This document shows positions 1 through 10,165 of a DNA stretch of 64,000 nucleotides, piece after piece (the first letter of the stretch is position 1; each line of letters begins with the position of its first letter). The notes under the pieces are model-generated. The model did not search any database. It was not told the origin of the DNA and saw only the letters and a list, made by a program, of their open reading frames with translations. Source of the DNA: an uncultured Alistipes sp. (GTDB lineage Bacteria > Bacteroidota > Bacteroidia > Bacteroidales > Muribaculaceae); NCBI GenBank assembly GCA_964435935.1, contig CAYTBH010000002.1, positions 175 to 64,174 on the forward strand, in the 5' to 3' direction. Both the position numbers and the translations under genes were made by a program.

Positions 1-234
1 GTAGACCATGTTTTCAACAATCATGACGCTCTCTGTCACCGAACCGCTGGGGTCGGTTTCAGGGCATTTGGCGGCCATTTCTTCGACAATCTCTTCAATG
101 GGGCGCACTTTCTTTTTGGCTTTCTTGGCAGGCATCTCGGCGGTTTCAGCCGTGGTGGTATCCTGGGCCACAACATCGGGCGCTACGACAGCAAGCGCCA
201 AAAGCATGCTGAAAAGGAGCAAAAATTTCTTCAT
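1..234 (-). CDS. Secreted protein of unknown function (partial, runs off window start)
   Basis: Not in ORF track; read manually from ATG at 234: MKKFLLLFSMLLALAVVAPDVVAQDTTTAETAEMPAKKAKK..., a Sec signal peptide; open to position 1. Confidence 0.75.
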   Translation of the reverse strand, partial: MKKFLLLFSMLLALAVVAPDVVAQDTTTAETAEMPAKKAKKKVRPIEEIVEEMAAKCPETDPSGSVTESVMIVENMVY

Positions 235-309
235 TTTATTCTGTGTTTAAGATTATGATGCGCAATTTACAAATATTTCCGCACTTAACAATGGATTTCA
301 AACAAAAGA

Positions 310-338
310 GGCATATTGAACCAAAAATTCAATATGCC
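310..338 (-). terminator. Probable intrinsic terminator after hslR
   Basis: 11-bp perfect stem ggcatattgaa / ttcaatatgcc followed on the minus strand by T-rich tcttttgtttg. Confidence 0.6.
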
Positions 339-364
339 GCAACGAGCTTAACGGGTGTGGGCCA

Positions 365-844
365 TTAGAAATCGTCCTCGTCGAAGTCGAGGTCGTAGGG
401 GTCTGAATCGACATAGAACTGGTCGTTTTCATCGTCAAAATCTGACTCGGCGTACATCTCGCCGGTGAAGCGTGCCAGATCGCGCCCCTCGCGCTTGGTT
501 GGGCGACCCAATCCCTTGCGGCGGTCAACGAAGCCGCTGATGCGTATAACGTCGAGAAGGTCATACTGCTCCTTGGGCGTTATGTTTTCCATATACTCGG
601 GCACGAGTTTGGCTCCAAGGCGGTTCTCGGTGAGCGCTTTAACGCGGAAGGAATATGTCACCGGCGGCTTGCGCACATTGATAACATCGCCAACCTTGAT
701 CATCCTCGACGGTTTTGCCACCACTTCGCCACCAGGGGTACACACTGTGACGCGCCCTTTCTTGCAGGAATCCGTTGCCACCGTGCGCGTTTTAAAAATG
801 CGCATGGCCCAAATCCATTTATCAATTCTGACTTCGGTTTTCAT
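365..844 (-). CDS. hslR: S4-domain RNA-binding protein, ribosome-associated heat shock protein Hsp15
   Basis: RIDKWIWAMRIFKTRTVA S4 motif, GRPTKREGRDL C-terminal motif, acidic tail. Confidence 0.9.
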   Translation of the reverse strand: MKTEVRIDKWIWAMRIFKTRTVATDSCKKGRVTVCTPGGEVVAKPSRMIKVGDVINVRKPPVTYSFRVKALTENRLGAKLVPEYMENITPKEQYDLLDVIRISGFVDRRKGLGRPTKREGRDLARFTGEMYAESDFDDENDQFYVDSDPYDLDFDEDDF

Positions 845-887
845 TGTCGTTGAAATTCGTTAGCTATATCGTCAAAACAACCCAGCC

Positions 888-1451
888 TCACTTATTGTTA
901 AAATCGCACATGGCGTGCTGAAGCCCGGCGAGCACAAAAGTCTGCACGGCATCCACTGCCAGAGCCACCCGTTCGGGGAGCGCCTCGCGCTCCTCGGGCG
1001 TGAACTGGCCCAGGACGTAATCAATCTGACAGCCGCGGGGATAATTGGCACCAATGCCGAAACGGAGTCGCGGATAAGCCTGGGTACCGAGCATTTGGGC
1101 TATGTTCTTCAATCCATTGTGCCCCGCGTCGCTACCCGAGGGCTTGATGCGCACCGCGCCAAAGGGGAGGGCGATGTCGTCGACCAGCACGAGTATATTC
1201 TGCAACTCAATCCCCTCCTTCTCTTTCCAATAGCGCACGGCGTTACCGCTCAGGTTCATATAGGTGGAGGGTTTGAGAATGATTATTTGCTTGTTCTTCA
1301 AGCGCCCGCGGGCCACGTCGCCGTAGCGCTCGGTCGAAAACTGCAAGTCGCGGGCCTCAGCCAGCGCGTCGGCTATGCGAAACCCTATGTTGTGGCGCGT
1401 TCCCACATATTCCGCGCCTATGTTGCCGAGCCCTACTATAAGATATTTCAT
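888..1451 (-). CDS. pth: Peptidyl-tRNA hydrolase
   Basis: [29 protein letters not shown] motifs; start moved to ATG at 1451. Confidence 0.97.
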   Translation of the reverse strand: MKYLIVGLGNIGAEYVGTRHNIGFRIADALAEARDLQFSTERYGDVARGRLKNKQIIILKPSTYMNLSGNAVRYWKEKEGIELQNILVLVDDIALPFGAVRIKPSGSDAGHNGLKNIAQMLGTQAYPRLRFGIGANYPRGCQIDYVLGQFTPEEREALPERVALAVDAVQTFVLAGLQHAMCDFNNK

Positions 1452-1553
1452 TGTCAACAATAATTTAAAACGATACAAAGAGAAGCGGCGCCGGGTGCGC
1501 TGTGGCATCCCGAAGCCGCTTCAATAACGTTTCGCTTTACGAAAGGGGGCCGA

Positions 1554-2210
1554 TTACTTGCCGGCAGCGGCAGCAGCGGCGGCACCGCGAGCGGCGCGGG
1601 TGAGCTGAACTGCGCAAACAACAGCTTCCTTCGGAGTAACGAGTTCGAGGCCGTCGAAATGGAGCTCGCCAACCTGGAGGGTCTTGCCCAGGCCGAGATG
1701 GTCGACGTTGATTACCAGACGCTCGGGGATATCGTTGTAGAGAGCTTTCACCTTGATGCGCTTCATGGCGAGGGTGAGCTTACCACCAGCCTTCACACCT
1801 TCGGCGTGGCCTTCAATCTTCACGGGAACCGACATTACAACGGGCTTCTTATCGGTAACCTCGAGGAGGTCGATGTGGAGGATGTTGTCCTTAACGGGGT
1901 GGTACTGCACTTCGCGGAGCACTGCCATCTTTTTGCCGCCGTTGAGCTCGAGCTCGATGGCGAAGATGTCGGGGGTGTAGATGAGCTTGCGTACAGCTTC
2001 GTTGGTTACGGTGATGTCGGTGGTGATGATACCGCGGCCGTCCTCGATTTCAACGAGCTTCTCGCCGGCGTTGAGTTTGCCGGTGAAGGGGAGGGTCACG
2101 ATTTCGCCGCCATTGATGACAGCGGGGATTTTGCCAGCGGCGCGGAGGGCCTTGGCAGCCTTCTTGCCGAGGTCGGTACGAGGCTCAGCTGCAAGCTTGA
2201 AAGTCTTCAT
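1554..2210 (-). CDS. rplY: 50S ribosomal protein L25 / Ctc
   Basis: RTDLGKKAAKALR, EVQYHPVKDNILHIDL, GVKAGG; upstream of pth as is usual. Confidence 0.95.
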   Translation of the reverse strand: MKTFKLAAEPRTDLGKKAAKALRAAGKIPAVINGGEIVTLPFTGKLNAGEKLVEIEDGRGIITTDITVTNEAVRKLIYTPDIFAIELELNGGKKMAVLREVQYHPVKDNILHIDLLEVTDKKPVVMSVPVKIEGHAEGVKAGGKLTLAMKRIKVKALYNDIPERLVINVDHLGLGKTLQVGELHFDGLELVTPKEAVVCAVQLTRAARGAAAAAAAGK

Positions 2211-2355
2211 TTTCAGTTGGGTTTAATTGTGTTACTCAAAAATAACGTGTAATTATTTTCCCATCACACTGGGGGAACCTTGCCGATTCCGGGCGCGAAT
2301 TTACGCAAAAAATCCGGAATCGGCAAGTGTTTCTTTCAGAACTGTGTTTCCTTAG

Positions 2356-3849
2356 TTATGCGAACTTCGAGAAATCGGCCTTTTGCATGTCGCCCTGGGT
2401 GGCAAACGCGCGGTGGAATTCAAACGCGGCGTCGGTCACCAGCGGGGTCTGGCCGCCGCGGCCAATTTTCAGATAGTCGTTGAGGAGTTCGCGATACATG
2501 GGGTGAGCGCAGTTGTTGATGATTTCGTGGGCGCGCTGCACGGGGTCCTTGCCGCGGAGGTCGGCTATGCCCTGGTCGGTGATGAGGATGTCGACCGAGT
2601 GTTCCGAATGGTCGACGTGGGCAGCCTGGGGCACGATGTTGCTGATCAGGCCCTCCTTCGTGATCGAGGGGCAGGAGAAGATTGAGATATAAGCGTTGCG
2701 GCAGAAGTCGCCCGAACCGCCGATGCCGTTCATCATGCGAGTGCCGAGAACGTGGGTCGAGTTCACGTTGCCGAAAATGTCGGCTTCGAGCGCGGTATTC
2801 ATCGCGATTACGCCCAGGCGGCGGATAACCTCGGGGTTGTTGGAGATTTCGGCCGGACGGAGCACGATTTTGTCGTGGAAAAAGTCGAGATCGGCAAACA
2901 GCTGGATTTCAACCTCGTCGGAGAAGGTCATAGAGCAGGTCGACGCGAATTTGCACTTGCCAAGGCGGAGAAGTTCGAGCACCGAGTCCTGGACAACCTC
3001 GGTGTACATCATGAAGTTGGGGAGCTCCTTATCCTCGCCGAGGTAGTTGAGCACGGCATTGGCCACGTTGCCCACGCCGCTCTGCAGGGGGAGGAATTCG
3101 CGGGGGATGCGACCCTTGCGGTATTCGTTGACGAGGAAGCTTACCACATTGGCGCCGATGCGCTTCGAAACCTCATCGGGCTGGGTGAAGGCCTTCACCC
3201 CGTCGAGAGCATTGGTGCGCACGATGCCCACAATCTTCAAGGGGTCGACTTTCAGCGTCGGCGAACCGATGCGGTCGTTGGGAGCGAAGATGGGGATTTC
3301 GCGGCGGCGGGGAGGATCGAGAGGTTTGTAGATATCGTGCATGCCGTAGAGCGACTTGGGAAGCGCCTCGTTGAGCTCGATGAAGATTTTCTTGGCCATG
3401 GGGGCGTATGTGGGGATGTTGCCCACGCCGCAACCAAGAAGAATTTCACCGCTGTCGGTAACATCGGCTGCCTCGATGATGGCGTAGTCGATATCACCAT
3501 AGAAACCATAGCGCACTTCCTGAGCCATCTCCGAGAGGTGGCGGTCGAAGTAGTGGGCGTCATGCGAGTTGATGCGCTTGCGCAGGTCGGGGGTGTTCTG
3601 GTAGGGGGCGCGCATATTGATGGCGTTGTTGCGCGCGAGGATGCCGTCGACGTGGTCGTTGGTCGACGCGCCGGTGAAGATGTTCACTTTGAATTCGCGA
3701 CCCTCTTCGTGTTCCTTAGCGGCCTTCTCGGCCACAGCTTCCAGGATACGTTTAGGATTGCCGGGGGCGGTGAAACCGGAAAGCCCCAGGGTGTCGCCGT
3801 TCTTGAACATGTCGGCGGCTTCCTTAACGGTTATGAAATTGAATGCCAT
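2356..3849 (-). CDS. Succinate:acetate/propionate CoA-transferase (acetyl-CoA hydrolase/transferase family)
   Basis: SGFT, TGAST, LQSGVGNVANAV, NGIGGSGDF motifs of the ScpC/Ach1/Cat1 family. Confidence 0.9.
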   Translation of the reverse strand: MAFNFITVKEAADMFKNGDTLGLSGFTAPGNPKRILEAVAEKAAKEHEEGREFKVNIFTGASTNDHVDGILARNNAINMRAPYQNTPDLRKRINSHDAHYFDRHLSEMAQEVRYGFYGDIDYAIIEAADVTDSGEILLGCGVGNIPTYAPMAKKIFIELNEALPKSLYGMHDIYKPLDPPRRREIPIFAPNDRIGSPTLKVDPLKIVGIVRTNALDGVKAFTQPDEVSKRIGANVVSFLVNEYRKGRIPREFLPLQSGVGNVANAVLNYLGEDKELPNFMMYTEVVQDSVLELLRLGKCKFASTCSMTFSDEVEIQLFADLDFFHDKIVLRPAEISNNPEVIRRLGVIAMNTALEADIFGNVNSTHVLGTRMMNGIGGSGDFCRNAYISIFSCPSITKEGLISNIVPQAAHVDHSEHSVDILITDQGIADLRGKDPVQRAHEIINNCAHPMYRELLNDYLKIGRGGQTPLVTDAAFEFHRAFATQGDMQKADFSKFA

Positions 3850-3922
3850 AATGAAATGTGTGGTTTATGTCTTATCAAAGGCCAAAATTCCGCTTTAAGA
3901 TTGGAAAAAGGCGCATTTTTTG

Positions 3923-3940
3923 TAATTTTGCGCAAAATTA
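3923..3940. promoter_or_regulatory. Two opposed Bacteroidota -7 boxes forming an 18-bp palindrome
   Basis: taattttgcgcaaaatta; TAATTTTG on both strands between divergent CoA-transferase and miaB. Confidence 0.6.
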
Positions 3941-4025
3941 GGTCATTTGTGCATCACGGGCAAATTTTTTGGTCTGTTTTATAGCACACTTTCGCCCCGC
4001 GACTCCGCAATGGCCGCCACTTGTT

Positions 4026-5363
4026 ATGGAAAACGAAAAGAAACTATTCATAGAAACCTACGGCTGCCAGATGAATGCCGCCGATAGCGAAGTTGTAGCC
4101 TCGATCATGGAAATGGCCGGCTATACAGCCGCCGAAACCCCCGAGAGCGCCGACGCGGTGCTGCTCAACACTTGCTCGATTCGCGACAACGCCGAGCAGA
4201 AAATCGTCAGCCGTCTGCAATATCTCGGCTCGGTGCGCCGCAAGCGCCGCGGCACGCCTTATATTATAGGAGTAATCGGGTGCATGGCCGAGCGTGCGAA
4301 GGAGGAATTAATAGAGGGTCACGGTGTCGACCTCGTCGCAGGGCCCGACTCATACCTCGACCTGCCGAACCTCTTTGCTGCCGCCGAACAGGGGCAGAAG
4401 GCAATCAACGTGGAGCTGTCGACAACGGAGACTTACCGCGACGTCATCCCTTCGCGCATCTCCGGCAACCGTGTCAGCGGCTACATCAGCATCATGCGCG
4501 GCTGCAACAACTTCTGCTCCTACTGCATAGTGCCCTACACCCGCGGGCGCGAACGCTCGCGCGAAGTGCGCAGCATCCTCAACGAGCTCGCCGACCTCCG
4601 TTCGCGCGGGTTCAAGGAGGTAACCCTCCTGGGGCAGAACGTAAACTCATACAACTACGTCGACGCCGACGGCAATGCCACCGACTTTGCCGCCCTCCTC
4701 GCGGCAGTGGCCGAAGCCGCCCCCGACATGCGCGTGAGGTTCACCACCTCGCATCCCAAGGACATGTCTGACGCGACAATCGACACCATTGCCCGCTATC
4801 CCAACATCTGCAACCACGTCCATCTGCCGGTGCAGTCGGGCTCCAACAAGGTGCTCAAAGCCATGAACCGCAAATACACCCGCGAATGGTATCTCGACCG
4901 TGTTCGCGCCATCCGCGAGCGCATCCCCGACTGCGGCCTCTCCACCGACCTTTTCACCGGGTTCCACGACGAAAGCGAGGAGGACTTTGACGAAACCCTT
5001 TCGCTGATGCGCGAAGCGACTTTCGACTCAGCCTTTATGTTCAAATACTCCGAGCGCCCCGGCACCCTCGCATCACGCGAGATGCCCGACAATATTCCGG
5101 AAGAGGTGAAAATCGACCGCCTCAACCGCATGATCGCGCTGCAAAACGAGCTTTCGGCCGAGTCGAACCGCCGGGATGAGGGCAAGGTTTTCGAAGTGCT
5201 CGTCGAGGGAGTCTCGAAGCGGAGCACCGACCGCTGGATTGGTCGCACCCAGCAGAACAAGACGTGTGTTTTCCCGCGAGGCAATTTCCGCGTCGGCGAC
5301 CTCATAAAGGTGCGCGTTGTGGGCAGCTCATCGGCCACGCTGTTATGCGAGCTGGCCGAATGA
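4026..5363 (+). CDS. miaB: tRNA-2-methylthio-N6-dimethylallyladenosine synthase (radical SAM methylthiotransferase)
   Basis: ETYGCQMN, NTCSIR, GCNNFCSYCIVP radical-SAM motif, C-terminal TRAM domain; start ATG 4026. Confidence 0.96.
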   Translation: MENEKKLFIETYGCQMNAADSEVVASIMEMAGYTAAETPESADAVLLNTCSIRDNAEQKIVSRLQYLGSVRRKRRGTPYIIGVIGCMAERAKEELIEGHGVDLVAGPDSYLDLPNLFAAAEQGQKAINVELSTTETYRDVIPSRISGNRVSGYISIMRGCNNFCSYCIVPYTRGRERSREVRSILNELADLRSRGFKEVTLLGQNVNSYNYVDADGNATDFAALLAAVAEAAPDMRVRFTTSHPKDMSDATIDTIARYPNICNHVHLPVQSGSNKVLKAMNRKYTREWYLDRVRAIRERIPDCGLSTDLFTGFHDESEEDFDETLSLMREATFDSAFMFKYSERPGTLASREMPDNIPEEVKIDRLNRMIALQNELSAESNRRDEGKVFEVLVEGVSKRSTDRWIGRTQQNKTCVFPRGNFRVGDLIKVRVVGSSSATLLCELAE

Positions 5364-5518
5364 GCGGCATTTTATGGAATTTTAAGACTTGAAGCATTGA
5401 CATCGGGACTCTGATGTTGTAATTTTGCGCGAAATTAGAGTAGGAAGGGCCCTGACGCTCAGCACCCCCGGAATGAACCGGCGGAACGCGCGCTCCCGGC
5501 CCCACCTTACGTCATATT

Positions 5519-6391
5519 ATGGAGAATCAAAACCACAGCCGCACGGCAGGGATTGGCGACCACCTGACATCCACCATTTCTGTGATGCTCGTGCTCTTCA
5601 TCCTCGGATTGGTAGCGGCGATAAACATAACGTACAGCGGCATCGACCGCCAGGTAAAAGAGAAAATGGGTTTCACAGTGGTGCTCCGCGACAGTGTCGC
5701 TCCGGGGACCGCTGAACGCTTGCAGGCCGAATGCGCCGGCGCGCCCTACATCTCAAGCTACACCTATCTCACCGCCGACGAAGTGATGGCCGAAGAGACT
5801 CAGGGCGAAGGAGCGGAACTCATCGAACTCCTCGGTGTCAACCCATACGCCCCGATGATCGACATACACGTCACATCGAAATATGCCGATGTCGACAGCA
5901 TTTCGCTGCTCGCGGAGCTCTGGGAACAGAAAGCCGAGGTCGAAGAGGTATCGGTCAACAAGGAGATGGTTGGCAACCTCGCACGCAATGCCCGCATGCT
6001 GAACACCATCCTGCTCATCGTGGCAGCCGCCCTGCTCCTCATCAGTTTCGTGCTCATCAACAACACAGTGCGCCTCACCGTCTACGCGCGCCGCTTCCTC
6101 ATCCACACCATGAAGCTCGTCGGGGCAAAAGGCTCGTTTATCCGCAAACCTTTCCTGGTGAGCAACATCGTGAAAGGGGTTGTTGCGGCGCTGCTGGCAT
6201 GCGTGCTGCTGGCAATGCTTGCCGGATGGGCAAAAAGCCTCGACCCGGCGATGGACCAACTGCTTCCCTGGGGCTCGATGGCTATCGTGTTTGCGGGCAT
6301 CGTAGTGGTCGGGGTTGCCATTTGCGCACTTGCGGCTGCGATTGCCACAAACCGCTACCTCAGGGCAAGCTACGACGAAATGTTCGACTGA
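5519..6391 (+). CDS. ftsX: Cell division permease FtsX
   Basis: 4-TM topology, INNTVRL...IHTMKLVGA...IRKPFL motif; first gene of the conserved ftsX-DUF3098-uppP-truB-queA string. Confidence 0.9.
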   Translation: MENQNHSRTAGIGDHLTSTISVMLVLFILGLVAAINITYSGIDRQVKEKMGFTVVLRDSVAPGTAERLQAECAGAPYISSYTYLTADEVMAEETQGEGAELIELLGVNPYAPMIDIHVTSKYADVDSISLLAELWEQKAEVEEVSVNKEMVGNLARNARMLNTILLIVAAALLLISFVLINNTVRLTVYARRFLIHTMKLVGAKGSFIRKPFLVSNIVKGVVAALLACVLLAMLAGWAKSLDPAMDQLLPWGSMAIVFAGIVVVGVAICALAAAIATNRYLRASYDEMFD

Positions 6392-6440
6392 CCCCGCGAC
6401 TGAGTCGAAATCCACTAACCGAATCACCTCACTCAACATA

Positions 6441-6725
6441 ATGGCTTCAAAAGAAAACCGCATCGAGCGCGAAAGCGCGTCGCAGTTCCCCTTGGGAAAG
6501 CGCAACTTCATTTTTATGGGCGTTTCGGCGCTGCTGATTGTGCTCGGCTTCCTGCTGATGCTCGGCGGCTCATCGACCGAAGCTCAGTTCAATCCCGACA
6601 TATTCTCCACTCGCCGAATTGTCGTTGGCCCCACCATCGCATTCCTCGGGTTTATCGCCATGGGTGTCGCCATTGTGCTCCGCCCGCGGGTGAAAAAAGA
6701 AGAGACTCCCGAGACCAACAACTAA
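6441..6725 (+). CDS. DUF3098-type small membrane protein
   Basis: KRNFIFMG..LIVLGFLLM.G...FNPDIFSTRRIVVGP, two TM helices, typical position between ftsX and uppP; start ATG 6441. Confidence 0.85.
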   Translation: MASKENRIERESASQFPLGKRNFIFMGVSALLIVLGFLLMLGGSSTEAQFNPDIFSTRRIVVGPTIAFLGFIAMGVAIVLRPRVKKEETPETNN

Positions 6726-6802
6726 ATTCAATTTTTTGCCACAGCGTCAACCGGGCAACAGCTCGGTCGCTCTACGCTTGCGGCCACAATAATCTATAGC
6801 TA

Positions 6803-7636
6803 ATGGATTGGTTAGACGCCCTCATCCTCGGCATTGTCCAGGGGCTTGCCGAATATCTCCCCATCAGTTCAAGCGGACACCTTGAAATTTTCCGCGAAAT
6901 CCTGGGACTAAAGCTCTCAGGCGCCGACTCATTGCAGTTCGACGTCGTGCTCCATGTAGCCACAGTGCTCTCTACAATCGTAGTGTTGTGGAAGCGCTTC
7001 GTGCCGCTCTGCACCTCTTTTTTCACCCTGCGACGCGATGAAAACACCACCTACGTCTGGAAAATCCTGCTTTCCTGCATTCCCGTAGGCATCGTAGGCG
7101 TATGCTTCAAGGAACAGGTCGAGCAATTCTTCGGAGGCGGACTCGTGGTGGTGGGTATATGCCTGTGCGTCACCGCTGCCCTACTCACCTTTGCCTACTA
7201 TTCGCGCACTTTTGTCACCGGGCCTCAGGGTGCCGGGGTGGTTTCGGCCGAGAAGGGGCGCGACATCTCATGGTGGGACGCCTTCATCATTGGCTGCGCG
7301 CAGGCCGTGGCGGTGCTCCCCGGCCTTTCCCGGTCGGGCACCACGATTGCCACCGGCATCATCATCGGCGACAAGCGTTCCGAGGTAGCCCAGTTCTCGT
7401 TTTTCATGGTCATCATCCCCATTCTCGGTGAAGCTTTCCTTGACATACTGAAACTCGTCAGCGGCAAAGCCGCCGATTCCCCCATAGGGTTCGTGCCCAT
7501 GGCAGTCGGGTTCCTCGCATCGTTCGTTGTTGGCTGCATAGCCTGCAAGTGGATGATTGAGCTTGTAAAGCGAGGCGGCCTCGTGTGGTTCGCCCTCTAC
7601 TGCGTGGTTGTGGGCCTGCTCTGCATCTGCTGGTAA
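6803..7636 (+). CDS. uppP: Undecaprenyl-diphosphate phosphatase
   Basis: GIVQGLAEYLPISSSGHL and PGLSRSGTTI signature motifs. Confidence 0.96.
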   Translation: MDWLDALILGIVQGLAEYLPISSSGHLEIFREILGLKLSGADSLQFDVVLHVATVLSTIVVLWKRFVPLCTSFFTLRRDENTTYVWKILLSCIPVGIVGVCFKEQVEQFFGGGLVVVGICLCVTAALLTFAYYSRTFVTGPQGAGVVSAEKGRDISWWDAFIIGCAQAVAVLPGLSRSGTTIATGIIIGDKRSEVAQFSFFMVIIPILGEAFLDILKLVSGKAADSPIGFVPMAVGFLASFVVGCIACKWMIELVKRGGLVWFALYCVVVGLLCICW

Positions 7637-7669
7637 ACTTGAATCAAATCACCCGTCAAACAACAACGC

Positions 7670-8527
7670 ATGAATCCTATTGAAGGCGAAATAATGGTGA
7701 TCGACAAGCCTCTCGGCTGGTCATCGTTCCACGTTGTCAAAAAGGTGCGTTCGGCCCTTCTGACCCGCCTTCGCAGCGTCGGGGTGAAGAAGCTGAAAGT
7801 TGGCCACGCCGGCACACTCGACCCCCTGGCTACGGGAGTGATGATTGTTTGCTCAGGCAAAGCCACCAAGCGCATCGACGAGCTGCAAAGCGGTGTCAAG
7901 GAATATGTGGCCACCATCGCGCTCGGAGCCACAACCCCCTCGTTTGACCTCGAAACCGAAATCGACGCGACCTTTCCAACAGAACACATAACACTCGAAA
8001 TGGCGCAGGAGGTTCTACTCGGCTTTTTAGGCCGCATAGAGCAGGTTCCGCCCGCCTACTCGGCATGCAAGGTCGACGGCCACCGCGCCTATAAAATGGC
8101 GCGCACCGGCCAGGAGGTGGAGCTGAAGCCAAAAATCCTCGTCATTGATGAGATGGAGCTGCTCTCATTCAAGCCCACTGAGCTGGTTGTGAGGGTAGTT
8201 TGCTCGAAAGGCACCTACATCAGGGCGCTCGCCCGCGACATTGGCAAAGCCCTTGGCAGCGGTGCCCATCTTTCCGCTCTACAGCGCACCCGCGTCGGCA
8301 ACCACACCCTCGCTGAAGCCCTCTCGCCAGACCGCGCTGCCGAAATAATATTCACGGTGCCGATGGAGATTCCAACCGAGGATGGCCATTTCATAAACGT
8401 GCCACCCTTGGAGCCGCATAAAGTTGACGAGGAAACAACGAAGCGCCACAAAGCCGACATACTGACTTTCGCCCAGCGCTCACAGCGCGCGGAAGCTCAA
8501 AACTCAATTTCTGACTCAGAAGAATAA
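7670..8527 (+). CDS. truB: tRNA pseudouridine(55) synthase
   Basis: KVGHAGTLDPLATG, QVPPAYSA, CSKGTYIRALARD. Confidence 0.97.
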   Translation: MNPIEGEIMVIDKPLGWSSFHVVKKVRSALLTRLRSVGVKKLKVGHAGTLDPLATGVMIVCSGKATKRIDELQSGVKEYVATIALGATTPSFDLETEIDATFPTEHITLEMAQEVLLGFLGRIEQVPPAYSACKVDGHRAYKMARTGQEVELKPKILVIDEMELLSFKPTELVVRVVCSKGTYIRALARDIGKALGSGAHLSALQRTRVGNHTLAEALSPDRAAEIIFTVPMEIPTEDGHFINVPPLEPHKVDEETTKRHKADILTFAQRSQRAEAQNSISDSEE

Positions 8528-8554
8528 CCAACACCATCACCATATTTTTTCAAC

Positions 8555-9607
8555 ATGAAACTTTCACAGTTCAAATTCAAACTTCCCGACGAATTAATAG
8601 CCCAGCGACCCGCCACAGCCCGTGATGAATGCCGACTGATGGTGGTTCACCGCAAAACAGGTGAAATCGAGCACAAAGTGTTCAAAGATATTCTCGGCTA
8701 CTTCGGCGAGGGGGATGTGATGGTATTCAACGACACCAAGGTGTTCCCGGCACGTCTCTATGGCAACAAGGAGAAAACCGGGGCCAAAATCGAGGTTTTC
8801 CTCCTCCGCGAGCTCAACCCCGAGCAGAAGCTCTGGGACGTGCTCGTAGAGCCGGCACGCAAAATACGCATTGGCAACAAGTTATACTTCGGCGTGGACG
8901 AGTCGATGGTTGCCGAGGTAATCGACAACACCACCTCGCGCGGGCGCACACTCCGCTTCCTCTACGACGGCTCGCACGACGAGTTCAAAACCAATCTCCT
9001 GAAGCTCGGCATGACTCCGCTCCCCGAGTACATCAAGCGCGAACCCGAAGAGCAGGATGCCGAGGACTATCAAACAATCTTCGCTCGTAACGAGGGCGCG
9101 GTGGTGGCCCCCTCGGCCGGCATCCATTTCAGCCGCGAGCTGCTGAAGCGCCTCGAAATCAAGGGTGTTGAGCAGGGCTTCCTCACGGTGCACAGCGGCC
9201 TCGGAGCTTTCCGCGAAATCGATGTCGAGGATCTCACGAAACACCGCATGGACTCGGAGGATATGAATGTCAGCGACGAACTCGTCGAGATGGTTAACAA
9301 GGCCAAAGATGCCGGCAAGCAGGTTTGCGCGGTCGGCACATCGACTCTCCGCGGCATCGCGAGCGCCGTCAGCATGGGTGGCCACATGAAAACCTACACC
9401 GGGTGGACCAACAAATTCATCTTCCCCCCTTATACCTTCACCGTTTCCACCGCCCTGGTGACCGGCTTCCATCTCCCCTACTCGACTATGCTAATGATGA
9501 CCTGCGCCTTCGGCGGCTATGACTTGGTTATGAAGGCATATCACGAGGCAGTCAAGGAGGGTTACCAGTTTGGCGCTTACGGCGACGCTATGCTCATTGT
9601 CGATTAA
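8555..9607 (+). CDS. queA: S-adenosylmethionine:tRNA ribosyltransferase-isomerase
   Basis: [32 protein letters not shown]. Confidence 0.96.
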   Translation: MKLSQFKFKLPDELIAQRPATARDECRLMVVHRKTGEIEHKVFKDILGYFGEGDVMVFNDTKVFPARLYGNKEKTGAKIEVFLLRELNPEQKLWDVLVEPARKIRIGNKLYFGVDESMVAEVIDNTTSRGRTLRFLYDGSHDEFKTNLLKLGMTPLPEYIKREPEEQDAEDYQTIFARNEGAVVAPSAGIHFSRELLKRLEIKGVEQGFLTVHSGLGAFREIDVEDLTKHRMDSEDMNVSDELVEMVNKAKDAGKQVCAVGTSTLRGIASAVSMGGHMKTYTGWTNKFIFPPYTFTVSTALVTGFHLPYSTMLMMTCAFGGYDLVMKAYHEAVKEGYQFGAYGDAMLIVD

Positions 9608-9619
9608 GCCTACCGCTAT

Positions 9620-10156
9620 ATGATTATCAACGAACGCGATGACCGCCGCGAGCGCGTCATGCAGGCAGCCCGCGCGATGCTCACGGCTGCCCGCACCGCC
9701 CCGAAAGCCCGAGGGGTTGACATTTTGGAATGCTGTATCGTCGAGGGAGACGACATAAACCGTCTCTCCGACACGATGACGCGGCTGTTTGAGGAAACGG
9801 GGCGCCCGGTGTTCCAGCGCGACGCGGCCAACATCCTCCAGGCCGATGCCGTTGTCATAATAGCAACTCGCCCCCAGGTAATGGGGCTCAATTGCGGCCA
9901 TTGCGGTTCTCCCACATGCGGTGATAAGCCAGGCGCGGTTCCATGCGTGTTCAACAGCGTTGACATTGGCATAGCACTCGGGTCGGCTGCCGCGAAAGCC
10001 GCCGACTGCCGCGTCGACACCCGCATAATGTACTCCGCCGGGATGGGTGCTCAGCGCCTCGGGCTGCTAAACACGCCCGATGGCGAGTGCCGCCAGTACT
10101 TCGCCATCCCGGTTTCTGCCTCGTCGAAATCACCGTTCTTCGATCGGAAATCATAA
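9620..10156 (+). CDS. Ferredoxin-like domain protein (DUF2148 type)
   Basis: AARTAPKARG, NCGHCGSPTC cysteine cluster, DIGIALGSA, VDTRIMYSAG, KSPFFDR. Confidence 0.75.
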   Translation: MIINERDDRRERVMQAARAMLTAARTAPKARGVDILECCIVEGDDINRLSDTMTRLFEETGRPVFQRDAANILQADAVVIIATRPQVMGLNCGHCGSPTCGDKPGAVPCVFNSVDIGIALGSAAAKAADCRVDTRIMYSAGMGAQRLGLLNTPDGECRQYFAIPVSASSKSPFFDRKS

Positions 10157-10165
10157 GCCGGGCAG

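Noticed and set aside
8-250. 80-aa plus-strand ORF
   Set aside because: The opposite strand encodes a convincing signal-peptide protein with an upstream promoter-like box
2279-2327. Invertible (phase-variable) promoter
   Set aside because: Only 21 bp between the repeats and no recombinase in the window; kept only as a hairpin observation
5364-5518. Riboswitch or ncRNA upstream of ftsX
   Set aside because: GC-rich leader after a TAATTTTG box but no recognisable aptamer motif; an Rfam search would be needed
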